The position numbers and the translations under genes are program-made. A DNA stretch of 63,240 nucleotides, the filler included, from Octopus bimaculoides (Eukaryota), in assembly GCF_001194135.2 (NCBI RefSeq). It is 3 parts of 3 records of this genome, joined end to end, with 100 filler letters (N's around TTAATTAATTAA, not from the genome) between each part and the next. Parts side by side here need not be neighbours in the genome. Positions count along the whole stretch, not along the records: positions 51,154 to 63,240 come from NC_068983.1; 2 more parts are not named here. One strand, written 5' to 3'. This document shows positions 61,065-63,240 of this stretch, piece by piece. How positions within the stretch are numbered: the stretch's first letter is position 1; every line of letters starts with the position of its first letter. Below the pieces are notes generated by a model. The model did no database searches and had not been told where the DNA came from. It worked only from the letters and a program-made list of their open reading frames with translations.

Positions 61065-61379
61065 GTAAGGATTCACTCCCTTGCTTGCAATATATATCAG
61101 GTGCAGATTGCATCGAATAACCAGCTGGAGGAGGTGTCCTCCCTGCAGTAACACTGGTTCCTACGAAAGAGTCATGTTTAAGTGGCGATAAACGTTACTC
61201 TAAATGGGTTCTTTTTTTTTAAGAAAAAGTTTTTATTTTAACATGAAAAAAATATTGATTAAAAAACACACTAACTGCCAGTGTTTCAAGAAAATACACA
61301 TGTACAGTGAAAGCACCATTAGCAGCTGTTAGCCATTGACATTGCTCGAACAAATGCTCGTCAACACAGCTGTTTGATC

Positions 61380-62250
61380 ATGTTCATGCATTTCCACTAA
61401 TTTGTCAGTGTATCCCTTATTGACTTTTGTTCCTCTTATACTCTGACTACAATTTATCTCCCACTTTTTTTGTCTTCCATCATAATGTTCTTTACTTTGC
61501 CAATCTTTTCTCCCACTTTTTCTACTCGGCCTTCACAATACTTGCTACCCCATTTAGCGGTACAGCTATTTTCGCTACTCTTTCTCTTTATACTGTTTAC
61601 ATCTACCACATGTACATTACATCATACCTTTATACTGTGTGGACTAGATGCCCGCAGTCAACTTCGCCTTTCATCATTTTGAGGTCGATAAAAAAAGTAC
61701 CTCCTTTGTCCCTAGGCACATACAGCCTGTCAAAATCGCTTTTTGGGTGTAGTTCCTTGTTAAATGTCCTCACTTTTCTGGTTTTCCTGTACATTTCCTC
61801 AAGCTCATTCTTTGTCTAGCTAGTAACACCTGCGCCATACCACATTAAGGAAACAACCCATGTGTTCATTTCTCTGATCTTGTTTTTCCATTGAGCCTTC
61901 TTCCCATAATTAATTTGGTTCTTCTGAGATATTCTCACCTAAAGATTTCCTTCGTTTCACTTTCCTTGATTTTGTCATATTCCAAAACACCCAGATACTT
62001 AAATCTATCAGTCTCAATATCTTTGATTTTCGCGCCGTTGGGTACTTCTACACCATCAAACGGCAGTTCAAATCCGGCTGAGGTTAACTTTATCTTCCGT
62101 CCTCTGATGTCGATAAAGTATGTAACATGTCTAATGTAGTCGACAATATCTTTCTCATCTAAATTTGCAACAAATGCAAAGAAATTAACATTATCATCTA
62201 CTTTATATAAATGTCGATGCTGTGTATTGTTGTATCTCATATCTAAATAT
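61380..62250 (-). mobile_element. R4/Dong-like non-LTR retrotransposon RT C-terminal fragment, interrupted by a SINE piece at ~61655-61700
   Basis: Reads HLYKVDDNVNFFA (degenerate YMDD) ... DRFKYLGVLEYDKIKESETKEIFR*EYLRRTKLIMGRRLNGKNKIREMNTWVVSLMWYG. This is the typical R4-like KEYLRR..L...LNG.N.I..INTW pattern. Confidence 0.8.
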
Positions 62251-63240
62251 ATCCTTTCCAAAAGAAAATATTTATTTACGAAGAAATGGATTCATCGAAT
62301 AAAATTAGTAGTGTACGTGCGTGTGTATGTGTGTGTGCACGCGTGTTTGTGTTTATGTGTGTAAACGTGTGCTACCTCTGTATATGTGATGTTTTATTTA
62401 CGTGTTAAGTATTGCACAGAACTAAGAGCAAGTAGCACTACTGAGAAATTGCAATAAAACATTAAAAAAGAAGCGAAAAGCCTTAATAAATCGAGATACA
62501 CATAATAGAATGACTACTGTTCCCACCATTAAGCAAGAAAATATAAGAAACGTCGTTAGAATTCATTGCTCGGTAGACATAGGTAGACAACAAATATGAA
62601 ATAAGAAATATTAACGGGCAATAAATGAAAAACTTAAAATTTTATGTCACTTTTATGGGTCTAATTTTGTATTCAGAATGTCCAAATAACCTTACACAAG
62701 GAGTAATATTAAAATGCTAAGCAATTGAAAATATTTAGACAGAAATGCAGCTAAACACGTAAGAATGTCGTCAGACTGTTTCAGTCAACCATTTTTCAGA
62801 ATTTTCATATATTTTATCGAAATAGTCCTTGCTGAGCGGTTGTCTATTCTTCTCTCATAAATTTAGTCAAATAGTAAAGGAACACATATGCACAAATGCG
62901 TATGTAGGTGTATATATGTATTAAATTTTGTAAGGAAAAAGTTCAAAGTGACTTCGAAATTTCGGCATTAGTAAGGCTGAAAGTTCGAAGTCACTGTTAA
63001 CAGGTGCTATGGGTTATTTCTCTTGGGTGTTTAAAAATAGCTATATGAGGTAGATATAAAGATCCCTTCCAGGGGCAGTATTATCGATTTTTTTCAACAA
63101 TCTAAGTATGTCACGAGGTTTCCAGACATGAATTCTACTCACGTGTCAAGTTTCATCAAAATCAATAAAACGATGTAGGAGGAGTTAGCTAACAACACTA
63201 CAAACACACACCGATTTTCCACATATGTAGTATATATATA

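Noticed and set aside
1-63240. CRISPR arrays, rRNA genes or prokaryotic operons
   Set aside because: No regularly spaced identical repeats with unique spacers and no rRNA-like sequence; the DNA is clearly eukaryotic.

Overview
AT-rich, repeat-dense animal DNA with (TA)n/(CA)n/(TG)n microsatellites and many N gaps. The tRNA-derived SINE families, RTE LINE tails and microsatellite load point to an octopus (coleoid cephalopod); this is inferred, not proven. No intact recognisable protein-coding gene is present. Most explainable sequence is decayed transposons: RTE, CR1/L2-like and R4/Dong-like LINE fragments, Tc1, two mariners, a DD37D (maT-type) element, hAT and TA-flanked MITEs, and at least two SINE families. 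The best gene candidate is a minus-strand exon at 36529-36722 encoding the N-terminus of a membrane-anchored protein; other single-exon candidates are weak. The most interesting signals are (1) tandem ~186-nt and 240-nt repeats carrying minimal type I hammerhead-ribozyme-like motifs (retrozyme/Penelope-like), including a family with a non-canonical CUGUUGA-type core, and (2) a cluster of long fold-back palindromes at 16.5-23 kb, two of which have GAATTC-like centres. Two 100-bp artificial spacers (44 N + TTAATTAATTAA + 44 N) at ~30.1 and ~51.1 kb mean adjacency across them is not guaranteed. All translations and alignments were done by eye, and repeat boundaries are approximate.
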